Virus record (IMG/VR): IMGVR_UViG_3300000366_000001
Location: 1 to 64,000 of that record
Length of the DNA: 64,000 bases
From: a virus
Direction: 5' to 3' (one strand)
Shown here: one piece after another, positions 53,888 to 61,330 of the stretch
Numbering within the stretch: the first letter of the stretch is position 1
Layout: the number at the start of each line of letters is the position of its first letter
Program-made: the position numbers and the translations under genes
Notes under the pieces: generated by a model
What the model was told of the DNA's origin: nothing
The model's database searches: none
What the model saw: only the letters and a program-made list of their open reading frames with translations

Positions 53888-54976
53888 CTACAACCGCATA
53901 GGCATGACAACCATCTCTGTATCGCCGTCCTTAATAAGCATTGGAGCCGCTGGGTCGTCTTTCATCCAAACAACAACCTCATCAGATTCCACTTTATTGA
54001 CTGCATCAGTCAGGTATTGAGCATTAACACCGATTTCAATTTCATGGTCAGACACGCAGTTAACGTACTCGTTACCCTGTGAATTATTACCACCTGATAC
54101 AGTGATACTGCACTCAGAATCTTTTACCAGTAAACGCAAAGGCGTAGTCTTACCGTTACCGAAAACAGAGGCGCGTGATACAGCGTCTTTAATTTCCTTG
54201 CCAATAAATGTAAAATCCAAGTCATTACCTTTTGGAATTACACGCTCATAATCAGGGTATCGGCCTTCAATAAGCTGCGTCTGAAACTCAACTTGCTCAT
54301 CCGAGAATCGAACAAAGTTATGGGCAACCTGCATAACCACTTCTTTATCTTCAACGCATCGGATGAAACCAGCAATAGAGTCGTTAGGAATAATAAGAAT
54401 ACGATCTTTTTCCAATTCGCTATTGCAGGAAACTTCGATTTTTATTAAGCGGTGACCATCTGTAGCAACGACATGCATCCGGTCTTCTTTAACGTCCAAA
54501 GCCACCCCGTTCAGGTAATGGCGAACATCGTTCTGACCTGCCATTGCGCTGGCTTTTTTTATGGACTCTAGAACTGATTTACCTTCAAAGGTGATCTTTC
54601 TATCATCTTCTAGGTCGTTAGGTAGAGGGTAGTCGTTAGGATTCAGAACAGACAGCTTACCTTTTGATCGGGCGCAACTGACTTTGGCGTGATCTTCTTC
54701 AAAGTTAATCTTGATGGTCTGATCGTCTTTGTATTTAGCAGTCAGCTTATGCAACTTTTCAAATTCTACAGTTGCTAAAATGTCGCCAGAGTTTGGTGCT
54801 TCGATTGTATAGCTAATCACTTGCACAAGATCATTAGCAGTGAATTTAACCTTACCGCTGTCAACAGATTGAACCAGGGCATGTTTCAAAATCTCCTGGG
54901 TTGACTTGCTCTTTACGGCTGTCTGGATATGCTCAAGAGCCGTTTTAAAATCCTTCACATTTGCTGATAGATTCAT
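53888..54976 (-). CDS. dnaN: DNA polymerase III beta-type sliding clamp
   Basis: 362 aa; N-terminus FKTALEHIQTAVKSKSTQEILKHALV resembles DnaN; length fits a three-domain clamp. Confidence 0.75.
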   Translation of the reverse strand: MNLSANVKDFKTALEHIQTAVKSKSTQEILKHALVQSVDSGKVKFTANDLVQVISYTIEAPNSGDILATVEFEKLHKLTAKYKDDQTIKINFEEDHAKVSCARSKGKLSVLNPNDYPLPNDLEDDRKITFEGKSVLESIKKASAMAGQNDVRHYLNGVALDVKEDRMHVVATDGHRLIKIEVSCNSELEKDRILIIPNDSIAGFIRCVEDKEVVMQVAHNFVRFSDEQVEFQTQLIEGRYPDYERVIPKGNDLDFTFIGKEIKDAVSRASVFGNGKTTPLRLLVKDSECSITVSGGNNSQGNEYVNCVSDHEIEIGVNAQYLTDAVNKVESDEVVVWMKDDPAAPMLIKDGDTEMVVMPMRL

Positions 54977-55386
54977 CAGAATAATTCCTCTTGCTTGGTT
55001 GAATTTAAGTTTGTTTCATAGAAAGTACGGTCAGGATTATAGTCCATCCCGTAAAGGCTTGCAACTTTATTTGCATTGTGCCCTTTCCTGATTAGATTCA
55101 TGGCCCTTTCAATCTCTTCCGCTGTTACGTGATCGTGTGCCTCTGATAGCAGACCAAAGGCTCTAGCTGCGTTCTGCAACGACCATGCCGTTACCATTAG
55201 CGCTTCTGCTAGCTCGTCAAACTCTACGTATCCGTAAAAAATCTTTACCGCGTGTTGCTGGTCGTAACTGTATTCTGAAGGCAGTAAGTCTCTGTAGCCA
55301 ATAAGTTCAGGCTCCGTTTTGCCTGGGATTTTTCCAGGTTTATTGAAAAACGGTTTCATCTTTTCTGATAGCAGTCTTGAGTTCAT
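54976..55386 (-). CDS. hypothetical protein
   Basis: 136 aa; ATG verified. Confidence 0.6.
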   Translation of the reverse strand: MNSRLLSEKMKPFFNKPGKIPGKTEPELIGYRDLLPSEYSYDQQHAVKIFYGYVEFDELAEALMVTAWSLQNAARAFGLLSEAHDHVTAEEIERAMNLIRKGHNANKVASLYGMDYNPDRTFYETNLNSTKQEELF

Positions 55387-55404
55387 TAGTCTGTTTCCTT
55401 AAAA

Positions 55405-55436
55405 TAAAAAAGCCCTTGATTTCTAAGTCAAGGGCT
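55405..55436 (-). terminator. 9-bp hairpin plus T6 (phoH terminator)
   Basis: Stem AGCCCTTGA/TCAAGGGCT. Confidence 0.65.
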
Positions 55437-55465
55437 ATATTAAAGGAAGTTTTTTATTGTGTCAA
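55437..55465 (-). promoter_or_regulatory. sigma70-type promoter TTGACA-17-TAATAT abutting the hairpin
   Basis: -35 at 55465-55460 and -10 at 55442-55437. The predicted start site falls inside the hairpin 5' arm. Confidence 0.55.
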
Positions 55466-55492
55466 GATTTTTTTATTATTAAATTTACTTTT

Positions 55493-56170
55493 TTAATCAA
55501 ATCTTTCGATCCACCACCTACAAACATCTGAACGCTGGCAATCTTCAATATCAAATTCGATAACCTTAATGTTGTCGGGCTGCTCTGATTTCAAATGGTT
55601 AAGTAGGTATGCAAGCCCTGATTCTTCATCAAGATTGCATTGCTTAATATCTCCATTGATAATCAGCTTGCAGTTAACGCCTGTTCTTGTGACCAGCATT
55701 CTAGCCTGACTAACAGTCATCTCCTGCGCTTCGTCAACGATGATCCAACAATTATCATAACTAGCGCCTTGCATCATCTGTAATACACCAACTTCAATAT
55801 TGCCTTTTCTAAGGTCACACTGAAGCTTACCCTTGCCGATCCTGTCACCAATAATTTCAAGTGGTCGCTTAGCCCAAGGTTCAGTTTTCTCTTGCTCTGT
55901 ACCTGGCAAATGCCCTATATCATCGCCATTAGGAACCATTGGTCTAGAGATAACAATTTTGTTACTTGCTGCTTTTAGATACCAGTCCGATGCTTTACCA
56001 AAACTAATAAAAGATTTACCTGTCCCCGCCGGCCCCGTTAAAACAATATGCTCTACTTCGGTATTATCAATCGCATCAACTAATTGCTTTTGATTGCTTG
56101 TAATTCCTCTGATTGGGCGTTTTTTGGGTTCAAGCGCAACAATGTTATCTTTATGTTTTGGTTTAGCCAT
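55493..56170 (-). CDS. phoH: PhoH-like ATPase
   Basis: Walker A motif LTGPAGTGKSF and Walker B motif IIVDEAQ. Confidence 0.85.
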   Translation of the reverse strand: MAKPKHKDNIVALEPKKRPIRGITSNQKQLVDAIDNTEVEHIVLTGPAGTGKSFISFGKASDWYLKAASNKIVISRPMVPNGDDIGHLPGTEQEKTEPWAKRPLEIIGDRIGKGKLQCDLRKGNIEVGVLQMMQGASYDNCWIIVDEAQEMTVSQARMLVTRTGVNCKLIINGDIKQCNLDEESGLAYLLNHLKSEQPDNIKVIEFDIEDCQRSDVCRWWIERFD

Positions 56171-56195
56171 TTGTATAGCCTTATTTTTTTGGTTA

Positions 56196-56228
56196 TAAAA
56201 AAAGGCTTACTGAATTAACAGCAAGCCT
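56196..56228 (-). terminator. rho-independent terminator
   Basis: Stem AGGCTTGCTG/CAGTAAGCCT followed by T7 on the minus strand. Confidence 0.7.
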
Positions 56229-56234
56229 TTGGTT

Positions 56235-56693
56235 TTACTTATTATGAATTTCGATATAGATAGGCACGTCATCCTCAAGCAATGGCTCTAATCTTTTATA
56301 AAGCCGCTCATAAGACACTACAGAAGCTGATCCCTCTGCGTTTTCGCCTGGAACCAGTGGCCTAACACCATCGTTTACAAGAATACATCCGTCCGAGTTT
56401 CTTTCAAAGTTTCCGACATGAATGTAAATATAACTGAACCCTGGAACGTCCTGTAATTCAATATGCCAGCTAAACCAGTTAAACCTTTCACGATACCTTT
56501 CTGTTAAAGGTGAAAGAGTGCGCCTGAATTTTAGCCGGTAACGACCCATAGGGATTCGTGTTTCACCGTCCACTTTTACATCACGATGCTCGTCTTCAAT
56601 CGTAAAGCAGAAGTGCTCGTTGTCGATTTCAAGTCGGCCTAGCGTTGAATCTTCGTTTTCGTAAAAACGGTATAGTTTTAGTGGTTTATCCAT
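56235..56693 (-). CDS. DUF5675-like protein with YkuD-like H...S.GC motif
   Basis: Has STLGRLEIDNEHFCFTIED...IPMGRY...IYIHVGNFERNSDGCILV. Confidence 0.55.
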   Translation of the reverse strand: MDKPLKLYRFYENEDSTLGRLEIDNEHFCFTIEDEHRDVKVDGETRIPMGRYRLKFRRTLSPLTERYRERFNWFSWHIELQDVPGFSYIYIHVGNFERNSDGCILVNDGVRPLVPGENAEGSASVVSYERLYKRLEPLLEDDVPIYIEIHNK

Positions 56694-56717
56694 AGTGGTA
56701 TTTTACCATAGTTAGTT

Positions 56718-57677
56718 TTAATATTTATATTCCCAGCAAGCGTTATCAGGGATAAGTTGTCGGTGCTGAATCCATCCTTTAAAGTTGCCTGACCATAAGT
56801 GACCATTTTTATCCAAATGAGTAACGCCTTCTTGCTCAAGCAATTTCAGCAATCCTTCATCGTTGTTAATATCGGCATGATCCATAGGCTTAGCCTGATG
56901 TTCTACTGGCGAAGCGTGTTTTGGCTCATCTTCAATGAGCTGATTATACAAAACCTTATCAGTGTCATACAGCGCTGCTTTTTTGTCGTGATTGTCGTAG
57001 CTGCTACGCGCACAACGAGCCGCTGAACACTGTAAAGCCTGTTCAACAGTAAGCTCTGATCCATCGTTATCAAAGTATTTTAAAGCCCCATCAACACGTT
57101 CACGTTTAACGTATGGAACATGCCATTCACCTGAATGCAATTCACTTGGCAATGAATTAAGATGAGCAGAATACATGCATTTAGCAAGCTCATAAATATC
57201 CTTTTGAGCGTCTTTGTGAATCCTCAGATTGTAGAAGTTGTCGCCTTCTGTAAAGGTGATTGTTTCCCTGACAAACTGCCAAGGATTAAGCAGTCTGTTA
57301 GCCCATTCTTTATGTGCCCCTGCCTTTTCAGCTAGGTAATGAGTAAAGCAGGCCGGATACCTTGCAACCTTCCATAACCAGCGACCAAACCCTTTCCATT
57401 TCATTTCATTGTCTGCAACCATGCCTTTCTGTTTACTTCCAAACCAAACAGGGATATAAGGATCTGACAAGACTTCTGACCTGATTTTATTCATAGGAAT
57501 TGCTCGATTGCTTTTCACACCTCGACTAAATAGCCTGTGACGTAATGCTTCAGCGTGAACAACAAGCCCATACTTTACATTGAATGTAATAATCCTGCTA
57601 TCTGGATTATTTTTATTAACTGAATACTGAACAACTTCAGCTTCAATTCCATTCTTTCCTTGCGATTTTACACCCAT
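56718..57677 (-). CDS. thyX: FAD-dependent thymidylate synthase ThyX-like (long form)
   Basis: Exact ThyX signature RHR-x2-S-x4-S-x-R in EALRHRLFSRGVKSNRA; 319 aa. Confidence 0.75.
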   Translation of the reverse strand: MGVKSQGKNGIEAEVVQYSVNKNNPDSRIITFNVKYGLVVHAEALRHRLFSRGVKSNRAIPMNKIRSEVLSDPYIPVWFGSKQKGMVADNEMKWKGFGRWLWKVARYPACFTHYLAEKAGAHKEWANRLLNPWQFVRETITFTEGDNFYNLRIHKDAQKDIYELAKCMYSAHLNSLPSELHSGEWHVPYVKRERVDGALKYFDNDGSELTVEQALQCSAARCARSSYDNHDKKAALYDTDKVLYNQLIEDEPKHASPVEHQAKPMDHADINNDEGLLKLLEQEGVTHLDKNGHLWSGNFKGWIQHRQLIPDNACWEYKY

Positions 57678-58250
57678 TTATTCAACCCCAAAGTTTTCAA
57701 TCAAATTAAAAATAAACCCGCTATGATCCTTGCAGAATTTATTAACGCTTTCTGCATAAGCAATACCATCCTTATCAGGCTTTTTATTCTGTTTTAGTTT
57801 CAACACGACAGAATCAAAATACCCATCTTTATATTCTTCAATGCTGATCCCGATAGCGCCTACAAAAATCTTTTTATCGGTATAAACAATAGGGTAATCA
57901 GGAATTACAAAGCAGCTTTTAACTTGCTTTCCATTACCTTTAGCAAAGGCAAAGTTGCAGTTATCAATATTTGTTTCTGTAAAATCGCATCCAAAAAGAT
58001 CAGCATGGACAAAGCTAGCTTTATCAAGATTCGATCCTGATAAGTTAGCGTTAATCAGCTTTGCCTTGTTAAAGGTGGCGTCTGCTAAATCGCATCCTGA
58101 TAAATTAGCGCCCTGCAAATCGCTTGACTCAAAAAGAGGATTCTTTAAATCAAAACCTCTAAAGTCAAAACTATTTAAGGTTAGCTCCATCAAGTCAGTA
58201 AATCCAATCTTTTCGTTATTACTGATAGCCTTTTCTATTAATTCTTTCAT
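57678..58250 (-). CDS. pentapeptide-repeat protein
   Basis: Consecutive A(D/N)LXX units: SDLQGANLSGCDLADATFNKAKLINANLSGSNLDKASFVHADLFGCDF. Confidence 0.8.
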   Translation of the reverse strand: MKELIEKAISNNEKIGFTDLMELTLNSFDFRGFDLKNPLFESSDLQGANLSGCDLADATFNKAKLINANLSGSNLDKASFVHADLFGCDFTETNIDNCNFAFAKGNGKQVKSCFVIPDYPIVYTDKKIFVGAIGISIEEYKDGYFDSVVLKLKQNKKPDKDGIAYAESVNKFCKDHSGFIFNLIENFGVE

Positions 58251-58262
58251 AAGAGACCACCC

Positions 58263-58475
58263 TCAGTGAACCGCTTCATCGGCTTCTGGCTGCAAGATGC
58301 TTCCAGAATCATAATTTAAAACAGCATTATTTTGTGGTACGCGATACACGCATTCCGAGATTCCACCAGAGAGCATTAAAACCATAAATAAGTGGCATAC
58401 TTCACTTGTAAACTCTCTTTCTTCCATGCCTTCCAATTCTTTGCAAACTAGCTCTAGCGTTTCATCTGTAATCAT
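58263..58475 (-). CDS. hypothetical protein
   Basis: 70 aa; ATG verified. Confidence 0.55.
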   Translation of the reverse strand: MITDETLELVCKELEGMEEREFTSEVCHLFMVLMLSGGISECVYRVPQNNAVLNYDSGSILQPEADEAVH

Positions 58476-58494
58476 TATTATGTCCTTTGTTTAG

Positions 58495-58893
58495 TTAAAA
58501 TGGTATCCGGTCATCATTGCCGTTGACCATTGGATAAAATATAGACGATACTTCAGATTGCATACCGCCTTTCGTTCTATATTCACCGTATTGAGTCAAA
58601 CGATCTAATGACGTATGAACAGGACACATTCTATCATTTATGATGTAGCGCAGTACAGTTTTATTTTGATTGGTCTGTAAGAAGTAATCAAGCATGTTAT
58701 CAATGTCGCATGAGCTGGTTACGATCAATTCACCGGCATTGGTCTGCACTGTTGCCCATAGATTATAAGGTTCTGGCTGCAATGCAACTGATTTAACTTC
58801 AAGGTACTGGTGCCCTGATCCATTATAATCTGGAAAAAATAAAACTTTTGCGTTTGTCAGGTTGTTAATAACTTCTTGCTGCAATGGTAGCAT
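58495..58893 (-). CDS. hypothetical protein
   Basis: ATG at 58893 (MLPLQQEVINN...) after AAGGAG; the track start is TTG. Confidence 0.55.
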   Translation of the reverse strand: MLPLQQEVINNLTNAKVLFFPDYNGSGHQYLEVKSVALQPEPYNLWATVQTNAGELIVTSSCDIDNMLDYFLQTNQNKTVLRYIINDRMCPVHTSLDRLTQYGEYRTKGGMQSEVSSIFYPMVNGNDDRIPF

Positions 58894-58910
58894 TTTATTG
58901 TTGCTCCTTT

Positions 58911-59261
58911 TTATTGAATATATTTCCAATCAGTAACTCTTTTAACCTCAAAACCCATAGGCTCATCTAAAAACTTTTTTGATCTTTTATTAAAGTAAGC
59001 AGTTGATATGTTGTTAAAGTTATCTTTCACTATAACTTGAATGCTTACATACTCTGTTTCAGGAAAGCCATGCTGTAGGCTAACCCAGCCATCTTCAGAC
59101 AACCTTTTAATCGAAAGATCAAGCATTTGGCCTAGCTCTCTAGGCACTATTCCAGCTTCTTCCATTGTTCGCTCATCCGCTCCCCTACGCCAGTCTTGAT
59201 AGCGTTGAAGGTAATCTGACAGCTCTTTGTTTGTTGTGTTTTCCAATTCCTCACTATTCAC
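58911..59261 (-). CDS. hypothetical protein
   Basis: 116 aa; GTG start in a GTGA overlap with the resolvase stop. Confidence 0.5.
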   Translation of the reverse strand: MNSEELENTTNKELSDYLQRYQDWRRGADERTMEEAGIVPRELGQMLDLSIKRLSEDGWVSLQHGFPETEYVSIQVIVKDNFNNISTAYFNKRSKKFLDEPMGFEVKRVTDWKYIQ

Positions 59262-59785
59262 ACTAAACCCCTTCTTCTCAAGTCTTTTAATCCGTACAGT
59301 GCAATAGCGATTGCATCGGTACGCCCGTCTTTAATGCCGCCTCTTGAGCCAGTATAAAGGGTTTGCTGTTCAGGGTAAATAGACTTTACCATATCAATGG
59401 TCTTATCTTTCTTCTTTCCTGTAGCGCCTCCCTGCACGTTTAAAGCACGCTTCCATACTTGAGGCGTAACCAGTCTGAAATTATCATCTTTCATTCTCAT
59501 GGCTAAAAGATATTGATAAACAGCACAACCAACAGGATGGTAATGACCTCCCTGAACAAAAGCCGTTTGCATGGTTGACTTTCCCCTTATACCCCTGACT
59601 TCCTCAAGGTAAATGTAATCCGGCTCATTTTCCATTATGATCTTAAAAAGATCGAAAACATCAACATGCTTTATTTTAAACTTATCAACAAAAGGCATAT
59701 CATAACAGTTAAGAAGGCTCCCTTTATCGTTTATAAAGGCTAATGCTCCTGTAGCTCCTGAATCAATGCCTAGAATAGTTGCCAT
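59258..59785 (-). CDS. RuvC-like Holliday junction resolvase
   Basis: Has ILGIDSGATGALAF (first catalytic Asp) and ...GRTDAIAIALYG. Confidence 0.75.
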   Translation of the reverse strand: MATILGIDSGATGALAFINDKGSLLNCYDMPFVDKFKIKHVDVFDLFKIIMENEPDYIYLEEVRGIRGKSTMQTAFVQGGHYHPVGCAVYQYLLAMRMKDDNFRLVTPQVWKRALNVQGGATGKKKDKTIDMVKSIYPEQQTLYTGSRGGIKDGRTDAIAIALYGLKDLRRRGLV

Positions 59786-59796
59786 ATTATACCTTT

Positions 59797-59958
59797 TTAT
59801 CGTTTAAGTAAAGCGTATTTAACAGCCGCCTTTCTTTCAGTCTTTGATACCTGATAGCGTTTTAACTCTTTTAACGCCGGCCTTACTTGGTTGTTAGTTA
59901 ATGATGGCGGCTTAATGCCAATGTAATAAGCTGAATAAATGTCTTCGTACATTTTCAT
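59797..59958 (-). CDS. small hypothetical protein (53 aa)
   Basis: Own translation MKMYEDIYSAYYIGIKPPSLTNNQVRPALKELKRYQ...; GGAGAC upstream. Confidence 0.45.
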   Translation of the reverse strand: MKMYEDIYSAYYIGIKPPSLTNNQVRPALKELKRYQVSKTERKAAVKYALLKR

Positions 59959-60003
59959 TGTCTCCAAAAATAAAACATCAAGGAAAGCTTAACCCACCAC
60001 AAC

Positions 60004-60135
60004 CTAGAAATCAAGGCCTAAACCAAAAAAATCCACCTCTTTTGGTGGATTCTTCTTTTGCTCTTTTTTCTTATCCTTGAAAACCTTGGCCTTGTTGAAT
60101 TTGCGGCTATGCTTTGCTACTGGATTGTGCTTCAT
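60004..60135 (-). CDS. 43-aa lysine-rich peptide (possible ArfA-like ribosome-rescue factor)
   Basis: MKHNPVAKHSRKFNKAKVFKDKKKEQKKNPPKEVDFFGLGLDF; GGAGA lies 6 nt upstream. It is the only part of the 101-aa track ORF that does not overlap tRNAs. Confidence 0.45.
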   Translation of the reverse strand: MKHNPVAKHSRKFNKAKVFKDKKKEQKKNPPKEVDFFGLGLDF

Positions 60136-60160
60136 TGTTTTATCTCCAATAGGATTAAAT

Positions 60161-60237
60161 TGGTACGCTAGGCAGGACTTGAACCCGCAACCTAGTGGGT
60201 AGAAACCACTTGCTCTATCCAGTTGAGCTACTAGCGT
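60161..60237 (-). tRNA. tRNA-Arg (anticodon UCU)
   Basis: Hand-folded cloverleaf. Acceptor ACGCTAG/CTAGCGT, D stem GCTC/GAGC, anticodon stem AGTGG/CCACT with loop TTTCTAC, T arm GCGGG-TTCAAGT-CCTGC, CCA encoded. Confidence 0.85.
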
Positions 60238-60239
60238 AT

Positions 60240-60311
60240 TGGAAGGCAGGACGGGACTCGAACCCGTATTATCTGGGCTTGCAATCCAGTACTTAACCAG
60301 TTCAGCCACCT
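60240..60311 (-). tRNA. tRNA-Cys (anticodon GCA), short D arm
   Basis: T arm ACGGG-TTCGAGT-CCCGT, anticodon loop TTGCAAG, acceptor with two G.U pairs and one mismatch, 3-bp D stem, CCA encoded. Confidence 0.65.
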
Positions 60312-60552
60312 ACCCATAAAAACAAGGAGAGCGCCCCTTGCAGTGCCCTCCAAGGCCATAACCTGACGGCATAGGTCGGCTAAAAAACCAACTATAGCAC
60401 CAGCCTGATAAACATGCTATAGCGACTCTCGCTATTTGAGCATCACCCTACAAGGATTTGTTGGGGATAGGCTTGCGGGGTAATCTATGACTTACTGTTA
60501 ATGCAATGACTGTATTTTTTTTGCCAATGGTTCGCAGTAGGTCTTATTTTAT

Positions 60553-60628
60553 TGGTCGGAATTAAAGGACTCGAGCCTTTGACCCCCTGATCCCAAATCA
60601 GGTGCTCTACCAACTGAGCTAAATTCCG
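60553..60628 (-). tRNA. tRNA-Pro (anticodon UGG)
   Basis: Acceptor CGGAATT/AATTCCG, D stem GCTC/GAGC, anticodon stem CCTGA/TCAGG with loop TTTGGGA, T stem AAAGG/CCTTT, CCA encoded. Confidence 0.85.
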
Positions 60629-60633
60629 TAAAC

Positions 60634-60706
60634 TGGTGGACGCACAGGAATCGAACCAAGATCAAGCGATTATGAGTCGCACGATTTTACCTTTAATCTA
60701 TAGTCC
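60634..60706 (-). tRNA. tRNA-Met-like element (CAU), degenerate - possibly a pseudogene or a tRNA-like processing signal
   Basis: Good anticodon arm (GCGA-CTCATAA-TCGC), GGTTCGATTCC T-loop box and terminal CCA. However only 4 of 7 acceptor pairs and 2-3 of 5 T-stem pairs form. Confidence 0.4.
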
Positions 60707-61324
60707 CATTAAGCTTTTTTTCTACTCTGACAAGCAATTGCATGAATTTTATAATTAAATAATAATGCAGCGGCCTGGTAATCCAGATCCTTGATTATTG
60801 CGCCCGAATTCTCAGACGACTAATACTGCATTGGTGAAGGGTTCGTCTCTTATACGATAACACCCTTGAAAACAAAGGCTTAGCTCCTGAACCCTTCCCA
60901 ATGACTAGCAGATATACCGCTGCTAGTGCCGGTAATGCAGTGGCCGGTGCTGATCCCGGCACATCCTATGATGCCTGCTGTGCAGTATTAAGGACACCTC
61001 CCCGACAGGTTTTGGCGCATCAGCCTGCGCATTCACTGCATCAGGAAGGATTCTGTGCTGAGTCGAACAGCACTCACTACTTACAGTAGTCGCATATCTC
61101 ATTCAGGATTTACGGCCGATATTTACCTGAACCCCTTTTGCTAGCATCACCGCTATGCTTCAGAACCCTTCCCGATGCCCACTCCTTTTTAGCGGCGAGT
61201 GGGTTTCCGCTTTAGCAACCCGCAATAGTGTGCATAATAACGCCAAGTTTCGCAAGGATTCCCAGCTTGCTCCATGAGCTTCAGGGGCCGTTTAGCGGGT
61301 GTTGTTGCTTTTTTATCTTTCTAG
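60707..61324 (-). ncRNA. candidate large structured non-coding RNA (~600 nt), class unknown
   Basis: No credible ORF and higher GC than the flanks. A consensus promoter sits just upstream. Many hand-found helices include a pseudoknot and long-range pairs. G.U pairs and a UUCGACU loop favour the minus strand. Confidence 0.55.
60727..60755 (+). promoter_or_regulatory. plus-strand promoter-like CTGACA-17-TATAAT (antisense to the RNA candidate)
   Basis: -35 at 60727-60732 and -10 at 60750-60755; function uncertain. Confidence 0.3.
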
Positions 61325-61330
61325 GCTGTA

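Noticed and set aside
60004-60309. 101-aa minus-strand ORF spanning the tRNA genes
   Set aside because: Its N-terminal 58 codons are simply tRNA-Arg and tRNA-Cys read as protein. Only the C-terminal 43 codons, which have their own RBS, were kept.
60312-60552. A fifth tRNA in the Pro-Cys spacer
   Set aside because: A D-arm-like GCTA...TAGC and an 8-nt-loop anticodon-like hairpin exist, but no acceptor or T arm can be formed.
60697-60830. Group I intron-like boxes (TATAGTCC at 60699-60706, CAGACGACTAAT at 60813-60824)
   Set aside because: On the plus strand the S-like box precedes the R-like box, which is the wrong order. On the minus strand they are reverse complements. No P7/P3 pairing scheme or interrupted exon could be built.
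61076-61090. Apparent GNRA tetraloop hairpin
   Set aside because: On recounting, the 5-bp stem ACUAC/GUAGU closes a 5-nt loop UGUAA, not a GNRA tetraloop, so it is not used as evidence.
60707-61324. tmRNA, RNase P RNA or group II intron identity for the structured region
   Set aside because: I found no GGGG...CCACCA acceptor pairing with a tag ORF, no GAGGAAAGUCC / ACAGAA P4 strands, and no domain V consensus. I therefore left it as class unknown.
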